DNA from: a candidate division WOR-3 bacterium | Lineage (GTDB): Bacteria; Hydrothermota; Tepidihabitantia; Tepidihabitantales; Tepidihabitantaceae | Reading direction: 5' to 3' | Length of the DNA: 22,673 nucleotides | Assembly: GCA_037441285.1 (NCBI GenBank) | Contig: JBBISL010000007.1 | Location: 65,926 to 88,598, forward strand | Shown: positions 9,444 through 18,024 of the stretch, one piece after another | Layout: each line of letters starts with the position of its first letter | Position numbering within the stretch: the stretch's first letter is position 1 | Notes under the pieces: model-generated | What the model was told of the DNA's origin: nothing | The model's database searches: none | Seen by the model: only the letters and a program-made list of their open reading frames with translations | Translations under genes and position numbers: made by a program

Positions 9444-10594
9444 GGTAGAATCAGTCCCAGAAGCGCGCCAGCGAGAATCAGCCAGATTGGCTCAACCCGG
9501 AAACGCAATAGCAAAATCAGGGTGATAACGGCAATGAGCGCTGGAACCAGCCCGGTTAAGGTGGTTTTGGCAATAAAAACGGTTGACACCAGAAGCATAC
9601 CGCAGACCGCGGGCATAACCCCGCTGAGAAACGCCTGTGCCCAGGGGGTTCCTTTTATCCGGTTGTAGGCGTGAATCAAGCCGAGAAGCATCAGGGCAGA
9701 AGGCAGAAATGTTCCGACCGTGGCGATGAGGGCACCGGGCAAGCCGAGTACTTTGAAACCGATAAATGTTGCCATAATTGCAACCGGTCCCGGGGTCATC
9801 TGACCGAGCGCGACCGCATCGACGAACTCCTGCATGGTAAGCCAGCCCCGTAACTGGACCACTTCGTGCTGGAGAAATGGGATGGCGGCAAACCCGCCGC
9901 CGAAGATGACGGTTCCCATTTTGAAAAATACCAGCGCCAGTTCGCCCGCTTTCTGGATTGATGGTCCTAATGAACGGGCGGTAGTGATAAGAAATGGAAC
10001 TGGTGTTAGGGTCATAATCGGAGGGGTTTTCTTGGGCTTAATGCCAGACAGGACAATTCCCAGTACCCCACAACCGAGAACAACGAGCAGGACATCACCT
10101 TTGAAAAAGAGCGCAATTGCGGCGATTATGCCGATTACCACTCCCTTTAAATTTTTGATGTTTGACCTGCCAATAGACCAGGTTGCCCAGGCAAGGATGC
10201 CCACAACCACCGGTTGAATGCCGGCAAAGATTCGGGCAATCAAAGGCAGCGTGCCAAAACGGAAATAGAGAACACCAAGAGCACACATCAGGATAAATCC
10301 GGGCAAAAGCAGGGCAACCGCAGCGCATACCATCCCCTTTAAGCCGGCGAGGCGATAACCGATATATTCGGCGTAATTAGAGACAAAAGGACCGGGTAAC
10401 ATCTGACCCATCGCAACCGCGGTTGCCAGTTCCTCATCGCCAATCCACTTTTTCTTTTCAACCACCTCCTGGCGGATGATTGCCAGCATACCAGGTCCGC
10501 CGCCAAATCCGATTAAGCCAACTTTAAAGAAGGTCAAGCCAATTTGTTTTAGTGAAGCCGGTTTGGTGTTATCGGGGTCTCGTGAACTGCTCAC
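9440..10594 (-). CDS. chrA: Chromate transporter, CHR family, two-domain long form
   Basis: Duplicated CHR motifs: FFKVGLIGFGGG...GQMLPGP and FFKMGTVIFGGG...GQMTPGP, with many transmembrane segments. Confidence 0.93.
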   Translation of the reverse strand: MSSSRDPDNTKPASLKQIGLTFFKVGLIGFGGGPGMLAIIRQEVVEKKKWIGDEELATAVAMGQMLPGPFVSNYAEYIGYRLAGLKGMVCAAVALLLPGFILMCALGVLYFRFGTLPLIARIFAGIQPVVVGILAWATWSIGRSNIKNLKGVVIGIIAAIALFFKGDVLLVVLGCGVLGIVLSGIKPKKTPPIMTLTPVPFLITTARSLGPSIQKAGELALVFFKMGTVIFGGGFAAIPFLQHEVVQLRGWLTMQEFVDAVALGQMTPGPVAIMATFIGFKVLGLPGALIATVGTFLPSALMLLGLIHAYNRIKGTPWAQAFLSGVMPAVCGMLLVSTVFIAKTTLTGLVPALIAVITLILLLRFRVEPIWLILAGALLGLILP

Positions 10595-10641
10595 CTGCCA
10601 ATTTTAGAGTGCAGGCAGCAAAACTCAAGAAAAGTTACGGG

Positions 10642-11271
10642 TTACCTTCCGGGTTTATATCCCAGCCCGATACCAAGCGAGGCGTCAGGCAGATGTTCTG
10701 GCATCCCAAACATATCCCCCGATGTGAGGTTGGCACCGATGTGCAGCAAAAGGTTGCGCTTCAGGGGCAGGGTGCCGGTTAAGCCAAGTGCGATGCCACG
10801 CAGACCGATGCCGGCGGTGCCGGTAAGATAGGGGTTGAAGTCATATAGAAACCAGATGTCAAAAAGTCCGGGGAAACTCAGGGTGGTCTGAAGCGCGCTT
10901 TTTCTGCCAGTGCGGAACTTGGCGCCGAATTGAATGTCGTAAATAAGGGGTGAAAAGTATGGACCCTCATGACTGTGTGTTAACCATATACCGTTACCAA
11001 CGCTACCCTGCAAAACCAACCCCGCCTTTTCGGAAAGTCCGTAGCCAAGGCGGAAGGTTCCTGCTATGTCTAAGTAGTAATCTTCATAAATGGAACCTAT
11101 CGGAAAAGGTGGTACTGGTGGAAAACCAGAGGTCGCATATCCGGTGTTCAGGCTTATTCCGCCGGCGATTTTCGGTCCGGGCACTATTTCTGCCCGGTCG
11201 AAAAACGGGATTGAACATCCAGCAACGGTCAGCACGATAAGTAATATCAATCGGCAGCCATTTTTGAACAT
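10642..11271 (-). CDS. Hypothetical lipoprotein or outer membrane protein with beta-strand character
   Basis: GGAGG RBS, lipobox VAG-C, and alternating Gly/hydrophobic strands ending LGIGLGY. Confidence 0.7.
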   Translation of the reverse strand: MFKNGCRLILLIVLTVAGCSIPFFDRAEIVPGPKIAGGISLNTGYATSGFPPVPPFPIGSIYEDYYLDIAGTFRLGYGLSEKAGLVLQGSVGNGIWLTHSHEGPYFSPLIYDIQFGAKFRTGRKSALQTTLSFPGLFDIWFLYDFNPYLTGTAGIGLRGIALGLTGTLPLKRNLLLHIGANLTSGDMFGMPEHLPDASLGIGLGYKPGR

Positions 11272-11302
11272 CCAACCTCCTCAGCGCGGTTTTTACCACC
11301 GC

Positions 11303-11950
11303 TTATTTGATAGTTGCCGAAATCAGTTCGCCGTGATAGATGTAGGTGTACCCGCTGTAACTCTGTTCCGAATGGTACTGGACATTGCCCACCCTGTCGG
11401 CATACCATTCGAACATACTTACGGTGTTATTACCGTAAACGGCGCGGGTTTCAATTTTCCAGGCGTTGCGGTAGGTGCCGGCGGCAACCGTGATGTCCTC
11501 CTGTTTTAAAGCCTCAGCGGTCATCTCTTGATTTACCCGCCACTGGTTTCCCGCGGCAAGCGGCAGTGCCAGAATGGTATCGGGTTCAGGGTCGTTCTTG
11601 TTGTCATAACTCAAAACAAATTTGTCGGTTTCCCTTACATAACAGGTCTCATCAATCGTGTAGGTGCTTTCCCGGGGGTAACGGATATGGACGGTGCCAA
11701 CTTGTACCAGTTCAACAACATCTTCCCCGGATGACAGTTTTTCGTTTCTGGTTGCCCGGGTGTTGATGGTTAAGGTTTGCACCGTGTCCGGTGTGCCGTC
11801 GGTACCGGTGTTCATTAATGTCCAGGCATACCAGTTCCAGGTGCTGCCAATGGAAAGCGGGTAGTAATCCGGTTTGCTGCCGAAGATGTCGCACGAGACG
11901 AATAAGGCGAGGGTGCCGAACAGGGTCAGGGCAATTAGCGCTTTACGCAT
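11303..11950 (-). CDS. Hypothetical lipoprotein, DUF3108-like
   Basis: AAGGAGG RBS, lipobox FVS-C, and motifs YYPLSIGSTW, EDITVAAGTY and WYADRVG resembling DUF3108-like proteins. Confidence 0.75.
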   Translation of the reverse strand: MRKALIALTLFGTLALFVSCDIFGSKPDYYPLSIGSTWNWYAWTLMNTGTDGTPDTVQTLTINTRATRNEKLSSGEDVVELVQVGTVHIRYPRESTYTIDETCYVRETDKFVLSYDNKNDPEPDTILALPLAAGNQWRVNQEMTAEALKQEDITVAAGTYRNAWKIETRAVYGNNTVSMFEWYADRVGNVQYHSEQSYSGYTYIYHGELISATIK

Positions 11951-11969
11951 AAGCCTCCTTTCTAATAAA

Positions 11970-11998
11970 AAGGTATAGTTTTAACCGACTTCTGTCAA
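11970..11998 (-). promoter_or_regulatory. Probable promoter for the 11950 gene, divergent from galE
   Basis: Minus strand TTGACA at 11998-11993. The -10 box is ambiguous: TACCTT at 17 nt or TATACC at 15 nt. Confidence 0.45.
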
Positions 11999-12013
11999 TC
12001 CGGGCGTATTTTG

Positions 12014-12041
12014 TTGCCCAAGAGAAGATTTCCGGTATATT
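12014..12041 (+). promoter_or_regulatory. Probable galE promoter
   Basis: TTGCCC-16 nt-TATATT, 8 nt before ATG 12050. Confidence 0.55.
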
Positions 12042-12049
12042 TTGCGATA

Positions 12050-13024
12050 ATGAAGGTTTTAGTTACGGGTGGTGCTGGCTATATTGGCAGCGTTACCAGT
12101 TTACTTTTAGCCGAAGCCGGTTGTGATGTTGTGGTGTTTGATAACCTGAAAGGTGGGCATCGGTCTGCAGTTTTGCCGCCGGTGCGGCTGGTTCCGGGCG
12201 ACCTTGCCGATGGCGATTTGATTGACCGGGTAATTAAAGAGGAGAAACCGGACTGTGTGATGCACTTTGCCGCTTTGATTGCGGTTGGTGAGTCGGTGGA
12301 AAAGCCCGATTTGTACTTTTACAACAATGTGGGGTGCGGGCTCAATCTGTTGAATGCGGTGGGCAGGAACCGGGTGCCACGATTTATCTTCTCCTCAACC
12401 GCAGCGGTTTACGGCACACCGCAGGAGGTGCCAATTACCGAAACCGCACCGTTGCAACCGGAGAATCCCTATGGTGAGACCAAAAGGTTTTTTGAAGAAT
12501 TATTAAAGGTTTATGCCCGCATCTACCGGTTTTCCTACTGCATCCTGCGTTACTTCAATGTTGCCGGTGCGTATAAGGGGCTGGGTGAAGACCATCGTCC
12601 TGAAACCCATCTGATTCCGCGCATTCTGCGTTCGGTACTGCATCCAGGCGAGAAGTTTGAGATTTATGGCGACGACTACCCAACGAAGGACGGTACCTGT
12701 GTGCGGGACTATATTCACATCTACGACCTGGCACGGGCACACCTTTTAGCCTTGCGGGCGTCAAACGAGGCTAACCTTTTGTTCAACCTCGGGTCTGAGA
12801 CCGGTTACACGGTCAAAGAGGTTTATGCCACCTGTGAAAAGGTTGTGGGTACAAAGATTAACTATCGGATTGGTGCGCGCCGGCACGGTGATGTGCCGAT
12901 ACTTATTGCCTCTTCGGCAAAAATAAAAAGGGAACTGGGCTGGATGCCGGAGAAGACGCTCGAAGATATGGTGCGTGATGCCTGGGAGTGGCACAAAACA
13001 CACCCCCGGGGTTACTTAGATTGA
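12050..13024 (+). CDS. galE: UDP-glucose 4-epimerase
   Basis: MKVLVTGGAGYIGS, FSSTAAVYG, YGETK, LRYFNVAGA and DGTCVRDYIH. Confidence 0.96.
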   Translation: MKVLVTGGAGYIGSVTSLLLAEAGCDVVVFDNLKGGHRSAVLPPVRLVPGDLADGDLIDRVIKEEKPDCVMHFAALIAVGESVEKPDLYFYNNVGCGLNLLNAVGRNRVPRFIFSSTAAVYGTPQEVPITETAPLQPENPYGETKRFFEELLKVYARIYRFSYCILRYFNVAGAYKGLGEDHRPETHLIPRILRSVLHPGEKFEIYGDDYPTKDGTCVRDYIHIYDLARAHLLALRASNEANLLFNLGSETGYTVKEVYATCEKVVGTKINYRIGARRHGDVPILIASSAKIKRELGWMPEKTLEDMVRDAWEWHKTHPRGYLD

Positions 13025-13057
13025 CAAGATAGGTTGAGGTTGTTTAAATAATTTAAT

Positions 13058-14047
13058 ATGAAAAAGGTTGGTATTGCAGGTGCAACCGGGCTGGTTGGCG
13101 AAACGCTAATCCGGCTTCTGGAATCAGGACCTTATAAAATTGATGAATTAAGGCTTTTCGCCTCAGAGAAGAGCGCCGGGAGAAAGGTGCAGTTTCGGGA
13201 TGAGGAGATTGAGGTTAAGACGCTTTCGGTTGACGGGTTCAAAGGGCTGGACCTCGCCTTTTTCTGTGTTGAGAATGAACTGGCGCGGCAGTTTGTGCCT
13301 GAGGTGGCGAAGTCCTGTCCGGTGATTGACAAGTCAAGCGAGTTCCGGCTGAAAGATGGTGTACCGCTGGTTGTGCCTGAGGTCAACCCCGACGCGGTTA
13401 AAGAACACAAAAACATCATCGGTAATCCCAACTGTACAACAATTCCGCTGGTGGTTGCAGTCAATCCCCTGCACCAGGAGTTCGGGCTAAAAGAGATTTT
13501 TCTCTCTACCTATCAGTCGGTTTCGGGTGCGGGTCGGGCTGCGCTCGAACAACTTTATTACGAGAGCGAGTTTTTCTGCGTCCAGCGCCAGCCGGACACC
13601 GAAGGGAGCCCGTTTCCGGTGCAGATTGTGGACAATCTGATTCCCTGGATTGGCGGGGATGCCGGGTCCGGTATGAGCGGTGAGGAGCAAAAGACGGTTT
13701 TGGAAACCCGGAAAATCCTCGGGCTGCCCGATTTGAAAATCAACTCAACCTGTGTCCGGGTGCCGATTACGGTTGGACACAGCCTTGCGGTTACCTGCCG
13801 GTTCGAGAAGAAGGTAAACCAGGAAAGGGCACAGGAACTGCTTAAGAAGGCGCCTGGTGTGGTGTTAAAGGAGGGTATAGAACCGCTTACACCGCTTTAC
13901 TGTCGGGCTAAAAACGAGGTGTTTGTCGGTCGGGTGCGGCAGGGCGCAACCGAGAACGACTTAAACCTCTGGATTGTTGCCGACAACCTGTACAAGGGTG
14001 CGGCGACCAATGCCCTGCAGATTGCCGAGCTTTTATTCAAATCTTAA
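13058..14047 (+). CDS. asd: Aspartate-semialdehyde dehydrogenase
   Basis: GATGLVG, VPLVVPEVN, catalytic NPNCTT, TYQSVSGAG, CVRVPITVGHS and DNLYKGAATNA. Confidence 0.96.
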   Translation: MKKVGIAGATGLVGETLIRLLESGPYKIDELRLFASEKSAGRKVQFRDEEIEVKTLSVDGFKGLDLAFFCVENELARQFVPEVAKSCPVIDKSSEFRLKDGVPLVVPEVNPDAVKEHKNIIGNPNCTTIPLVVAVNPLHQEFGLKEIFLSTYQSVSGAGRAALEQLYYESEFFCVQRQPDTEGSPFPVQIVDNLIPWIGGDAGSGMSGEEQKTVLETRKILGLPDLKINSTCVRVPITVGHSLAVTCRFEKKVNQERAQELLKKAPGVVLKEGIEPLTPLYCRAKNEVFVGRVRQGATENDLNLWIVADNLYKGAATNALQIAELLFKS

Positions 14048-14057
14048 AGGGGGGCGG

Positions 14058-16046
14058 ATGAAAAGTTTTCTTTTCTCTTTTTTTGCTATTTTGCTCGTGC
14101 CGGGCGCAATTTTTGCCCAGACCGAGTTTGACCAATTTATACCAGAGCACGGCCGGCAAAACCAGTTCCCACCCGGCACAACTTTTGCCGAGTCGCTGCA
14201 CGCTTACGATGTCCGGCATTACCGGCTGGACTTTGACCTGCCGATGAGTGATGCCAGTTACCGTTGCTTTGAACGGGTGACAATCAAAAGCAATGTTTCC
14301 TCCCTTGACACCTTCAGTCTGGACTTTGCCGGGTTGGTTTGCGATTCGGTGAAAAGGGGCCCGGTGGCGCTAACTTTTTCCACACCGCCCGAACGGCTTT
14401 TAATTCAACTTGATAGCCCGCTGCCGCTCGGTGAGTCCACCTCGATTGACATCTTTTTCCATCGGGAGTCGAGCGCTACGCCGCGGGGTTTTTTCTTTGC
14501 CCGACCGCCCACAGTGCTTTATGCCCATGCGATGACCTGTGGCTGTCCCCGTGACAACCACTACTGGTTTGCCTGCTGGGACTGGCCCAGCGATAAGGCG
14601 GAGCGAGGTTGTGCAATCAATATCACGGTGCCGGACACCTTTCAGGCATGTGCCAACGGGATGCTTGATTCGGTGACCAGTGCCCCGGGTGGAAAAAAGA
14701 CCTACTGGTGGCGCCATCCTTATGCCATCTCCACCTATCTGATGACCTTTTCCGCTTCAAGGTTCGCTTACTGGGATACGGTGGTTGTCTGCCCGAATGG
14801 TGACACCGTGCCCTTGATGTACTTTATGTGGCCCCGGGATTCGGCGGCAACCCGAACCGGTTACCGGATGGTGCCGGATATGATGGTCTATTTCAGCGAC
14901 ACCAGTCGGTTTGGTCCTTATCCGTTTGAGCGGTTTGGCTTGGTGCCGGGGTATTATGGCTTTCCCTGGGGTGGAATGGAGCACCAGACTCAGGTGATGA
15001 TTCACACCAGTTATCTTGGTGGGGGTGGCGAGGCGACCATCTGCCATGAACTTTCTCATATGTGGTGGGGCGATATGGTTACCCATATCGGTTATGCCGA
15101 TGTCTGGCTCAATGAAGGGTTTGCCTCCTGGGCAGAGTGTTTATATATGGGGCACCTGAACGGCAGGAACTACTTCCAGAACTACATTGCGGGCAAGGCG
15201 CGGCAGTACTTCACCCAGCACCGCAGCCGGGACTTTCCGATTTACAATCCACCCTGGAGTGAAATCTACAACTACGGGATTGTTTACTGCAAGGGCTCCT
15301 GGATATTAAGGATGCTGCAGTTTCTCATTGGTGACACCACCTGGCAGAACCCGGGGGTACTGTTTCGGGCGCTGCGGGTATATGGTGACTCGTTTAAGTA
15401 CGGGACGGTGTCAACCGCCGACTTTCAGCGGATTGTGGAACAGGTTACCGGCGTTGACTTAGACACCTTTTTCCACGAGTGGGTTTATGACCGGGGCTAT
15501 CCCAAATTTTATTTGTACTGGACAAAGAGTGTAAGGGCAGACTCGTATCAGGTGGTGATTAACCTTTATCAGCGCAACGACACCAACTCGGCACGGCTGT
15601 TCCACATTCCATTGCCCATCAGGTTTAACTGCGCAGGGGAGAGTGTGCGGGCGACCCTGGATGTTCAGGACACACTGGTAGTTGACACATTTATGCTGGC
15701 ACAGGAGCCATTGAGCATCACCGCCGACCCGGACAACTGGATTTTAGACAGTTGCTATGTGACGCCGGTTGGGTTAGAAGAGGAGGCACAAGTTGCAGTT
15801 CGGCTTCAGGGGGTCCAGCCCAATCCAGCAAAAGTCCGGGTGCGGTTTATTCTGAACCGGGCAGGCACGACACCCATTGAGATTTACGACCACACAGGCC
15901 GTCTGGTTGTAAAAGTTCAACCCGGCAGGGAAGTAGCGGATTGGAACGGTGTTGACCAAAAGGGGAATCAGGTACCCGCCGGGGTTTACTTTGCCCGGTT
16001 GGGCAAAGAAGCGGTGCCAGCGGTGCGGTTTGTTCTTGTAAGATAA
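14058..16046 (+). CDS. Secreted M1-family zinc aminopeptidase with C-terminal FlgD-Ig/T9SS-type domain
   Basis: Start at ATG 14058 with signal peptide MKSFLFSFFAILLVPGAIFA. GGMEH exopeptidase motif and HELSH-x18-E (WLNEGFA). C-terminal PNP...IYDHTGRLV...WNGVDQKG..VPAGVYF. Confidence 0.92.
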   Translation: MKSFLFSFFAILLVPGAIFAQTEFDQFIPEHGRQNQFPPGTTFAESLHAYDVRHYRLDFDLPMSDASYRCFERVTIKSNVSSLDTFSLDFAGLVCDSVKRGPVALTFSTPPERLLIQLDSPLPLGESTSIDIFFHRESSATPRGFFFARPPTVLYAHAMTCGCPRDNHYWFACWDWPSDKAERGCAINITVPDTFQACANGMLDSVTSAPGGKKTYWWRHPYAISTYLMTFSASRFAYWDTVVVCPNGDTVPLMYFMWPRDSAATRTGYRMVPDMMVYFSDTSRFGPYPFERFGLVPGYYGFPWGGMEHQTQVMIHTSYLGGGGEATICHELSHMWWGDMVTHIGYADVWLNEGFASWAECLYMGHLNGRNYFQNYIAGKARQYFTQHRSRDFPIYNPPWSEIYNYGIVYCKGSWILRMLQFLIGDTTWQNPGVLFRALRVYGDSFKYGTVSTADFQRIVEQVTGVDLDTFFHEWVYDRGYPKFYLYWTKSVRADSYQVVINLYQRNDTNSARLFHIPLPIRFNCAGESVRATLDVQDTLVVDTFMLAQEPLSITADPDNWILDSCYVTPVGLEEEAQVAVRLQGVQPNPAKVRVRFILNRAGTTPIEIYDHTGRLVVKVQPGREVADWNGVDQKGNQVPAGVYFARLGKEAVPAVRFVLVR

Positions 16047-16052
16047 AGGGAG

Positions 16053-16090
16053 AAAAAACAAAAGGGGCGGCAGAACGCCGCCCCTTTTTT
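16053..16090. terminator. Bidirectional intrinsic terminator between convergent genes
   Basis: AAAAGGGGCGGC-AGAAC-GCCGCCCCTTTTTT with an A-tract before and a T-tract after. Confidence 0.88.
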
Positions 16091-16099
16091 CGTCTCGGT

Positions 16100-17563
16100 C
16101 TAAGGTTCCCGGATATCGCCGTCAACACAGTCGTAAAATGTGTTGTTGGCGCGGAGTTCGGTGGGTGATGGATATTCGCTACCGGTGAGATAGATGCCAT
16201 AGGCGGCGCTGTGCCCGATTGAGTCGCCCTGAATTTGGGGCAGGGCGTCGTCGATGTAGATGTTGCCATAACCGTCACCCGCGCCATACTCAATGGTGCA
16301 GTTGATAAGTTTGGCATCGGTGTCAATGGTGTTGTCGTAAAATCCGATGGACTGCCAGTCGCCCCGGCTTGGTGATGGTGAGGAACTGGTAAAGCGGATG
16401 CGCCCGCTGGTGCCGTCGGCTTTAATCGCACCCCTGCCACTGTAACCGCAGTAAAACTCAACATCGGGCATAAGTTGAATCGTGGTGCCGGGCGCGATGG
16501 TCAGAACCGGGTTGTTGGTGTTGCTGCCAACGCTGACATCGCCGTTGATAACATAAGGGACACCGGGATTTATCCAGGTGCCGGAGGTGATGACATCGCC
16601 TCCTTTAATCAGGATACCATTTTGGGTGTTGCCGGTAAAAATGTTGCCGGTGCCGATGGTCCGGGCGTATTCGGCATGGATGCGCAAGGGGTACTGGTTG
16701 CAACTGGTAATGGTATTATTAGTGAAAGTCTGGAAACCGGCAGCGTCGGCGAGATAAACACCGTAATTTCCACTGTAACGGAAGGTGCAGTTGGTAATTT
16801 TAACGCTGGTGACGGCGCTGGCGTAGAGCTCGCCGGGCCAGCTTGACGAGCCGCCACCGTACTCAAATGTGCAGTAACTGAAACTGGAGGTGCTCATCGT
16901 TAGGTCATAAAGGCCCACATTGTACCAGTCACCCGGTGCCGGCGTGGCAACATTGGAGGTGAAGAGGATGGTGGAGTCCGGAGTGCCGTTGGCGATGATG
17001 GCACCGGCGGTGCTGGCGTAGCCGGTATAAAGTTCAATGCCCGGGGCAAATTTAACAATACAGCCCGGTTTGATGGTCAGGGTGGCGTTGTTTTCAACCG
17101 AGATGTCGTTGTCAATGATGTGCGGGTTGCCTGAAGGGTACCAGGTCTCATCCTGAGTTATTGAACCGGAATGGTGCGTTGGTCCGGTGCCACCGCCTCC
17201 GCCGGCAATCACAATCGTGATGGTCGTTGATGTTGCCGAATTATCAGCCCCGTCATAGGCTTTGGCATAGATGGTGTGAACTGAACCAGGGGTTTCGGCA
17301 GCAGCATCCCAGATGTAGCGGAAGGTGTCGGCGGTGCCTGCCTGGTCTGAGCCCTTAAGGCTATTGTCAATATAGAATTCAACTTTGGTTACCGCTTTGT
17401 TGTCAGTGGCATAGGCTTTAATCAAGGTGTTACCGGCAGCAATGGTATCGTTGTTTAATGGACTGACGATTGTAACCTGGGGGTTGGTGGTATCACTGGT
17501 CACGCAGGTTGCCAGTATCGCAACCAGGGCAGCGACTACAGTGAGAATAGTTACTTTTCTCAT
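16100..17563 (-). CDS. Lipoprotein with a bacterial Ig-like domain and right-handed parallel beta-helix repeats
   Basis: AAGGAG RBS and lipobox LAT-C. Ig-like DTTNPQVTIVSP...ATDNKAVTKVEFYID...AKAYDGADN, then a GGGGG linker and two copies of a TLTI.PG...GAI.A.GT...I.FTS...P..GDW module. Confidence 0.85.
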   Translation of the reverse strand: MRKVTILTVVAALVAILATCVTSDTTNPQVTIVSPLNNDTIAAGNTLIKAYATDNKAVTKVEFYIDNSLKGSDQAGTADTFRYIWDAAAETPGSVHTIYAKAYDGADNSATSTTITIVIAGGGGGTGPTHHSGSITQDETWYPSGNPHIIDNDISVENNATLTIKPGCIVKFAPGIELYTGYASTAGAIIANGTPDSTILFTSNVATPAPGDWYNVGLYDLTMSTSSFSYCTFEYGGGSSSWPGELYASAVTSVKITNCTFRYSGNYGVYLADAAGFQTFTNNTITSCNQYPLRIHAEYARTIGTGNIFTGNTQNGILIKGGDVITSGTWINPGVPYVINGDVSVGSNTNNPVLTIAPGTTIQLMPDVEFYCGYSGRGAIKADGTSGRIRFTSSSPSPSRGDWQSIGFYDNTIDTDAKLINCTIEYGAGDGYGNIYIDDALPQIQGDSIGHSAAYGIYLTGSEYPSPTELRANNTFYDCVDGDIREP

Positions 17564-17634
17564 CTTGACTCCTTTTGGGTTAGAGTTTTTGAATACCTTG
17601 TCTTAATTAATAAAGACAAACGGCATCCACCAGT

Positions 17635-17662
17635 AGTATACCCGGTGCCGGGGTTTTGTCAA
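17635..17662 (-). promoter_or_regulatory. Sigma70-type promoter for the Ig/beta-helix lipoprotein
   Basis: Minus strand TTGACA-16 nt-TATACT. The spacer contains the inverted repeat CCCGG-CA-CCGGG. Confidence 0.75.
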
Positions 17663-17885
17663 ATGGATAATGACCAGAGAGATAGAGCCGGGTAGTTGCC
17701 GGTCTGGTCTTGGAGCGGTATTTGACCTTGCGAATGAGGCACAGTTGCGGCGCAACAATGGCAGGAAACACAATATCCAATACTATCCCCGATACCGTCC
17801 CGGGGTTGGGTAGGGAAAATTGAGCCCTGATTGTTCAACAGTTTGAAATACAAAAAGTTAGGCGAAAAAGGGCGCTCAACGGTAT

Positions 17886-17901
17886 TATACTTTAAAGTAT
17901 A
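17886..17901. promoter_or_regulatory. Perfect 16-bp palindrome, candidate operator
   Basis: TATACTTTAAAGTATA equals its own reverse complement and lies in the divergent intergenic region upstream of the thioredoxin gene. Confidence 0.5.
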
Positions 17902-18024
17902 CAAGTATCGCGGTAAAAGCCGCCCGGTGGTGAAGGTGGTTTGGGCTGAAATTTGAGCAGCAAAACAGGCGATACTTGACCGCCGGCGATTTATCAGGAA
18001 GATTTTAGGGAAAGGAGTTGCAAG

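Noticed and set aside
12011..12049. Longer galE start at TTG 12011
   Set aside because: GalE homologues begin at MKVLVTGG, and this stretch holds the promoter boxes.
13974..14057. Longer start for the M1 peptidase
   Set aside because: It overlaps asd, and the signal peptide begins at ATG 14058.
2822..16090. Two similar GGGGCGG/CCGCCCC hairpins as a REP-like repeat family
   Set aside because: There are only two copies, and both are fully explained as intrinsic terminators.
17659..17904. 81-aa minus-strand ORF in the intergenic region
   Set aside because: Non-ATG start, no RBS and no recognisable motif.
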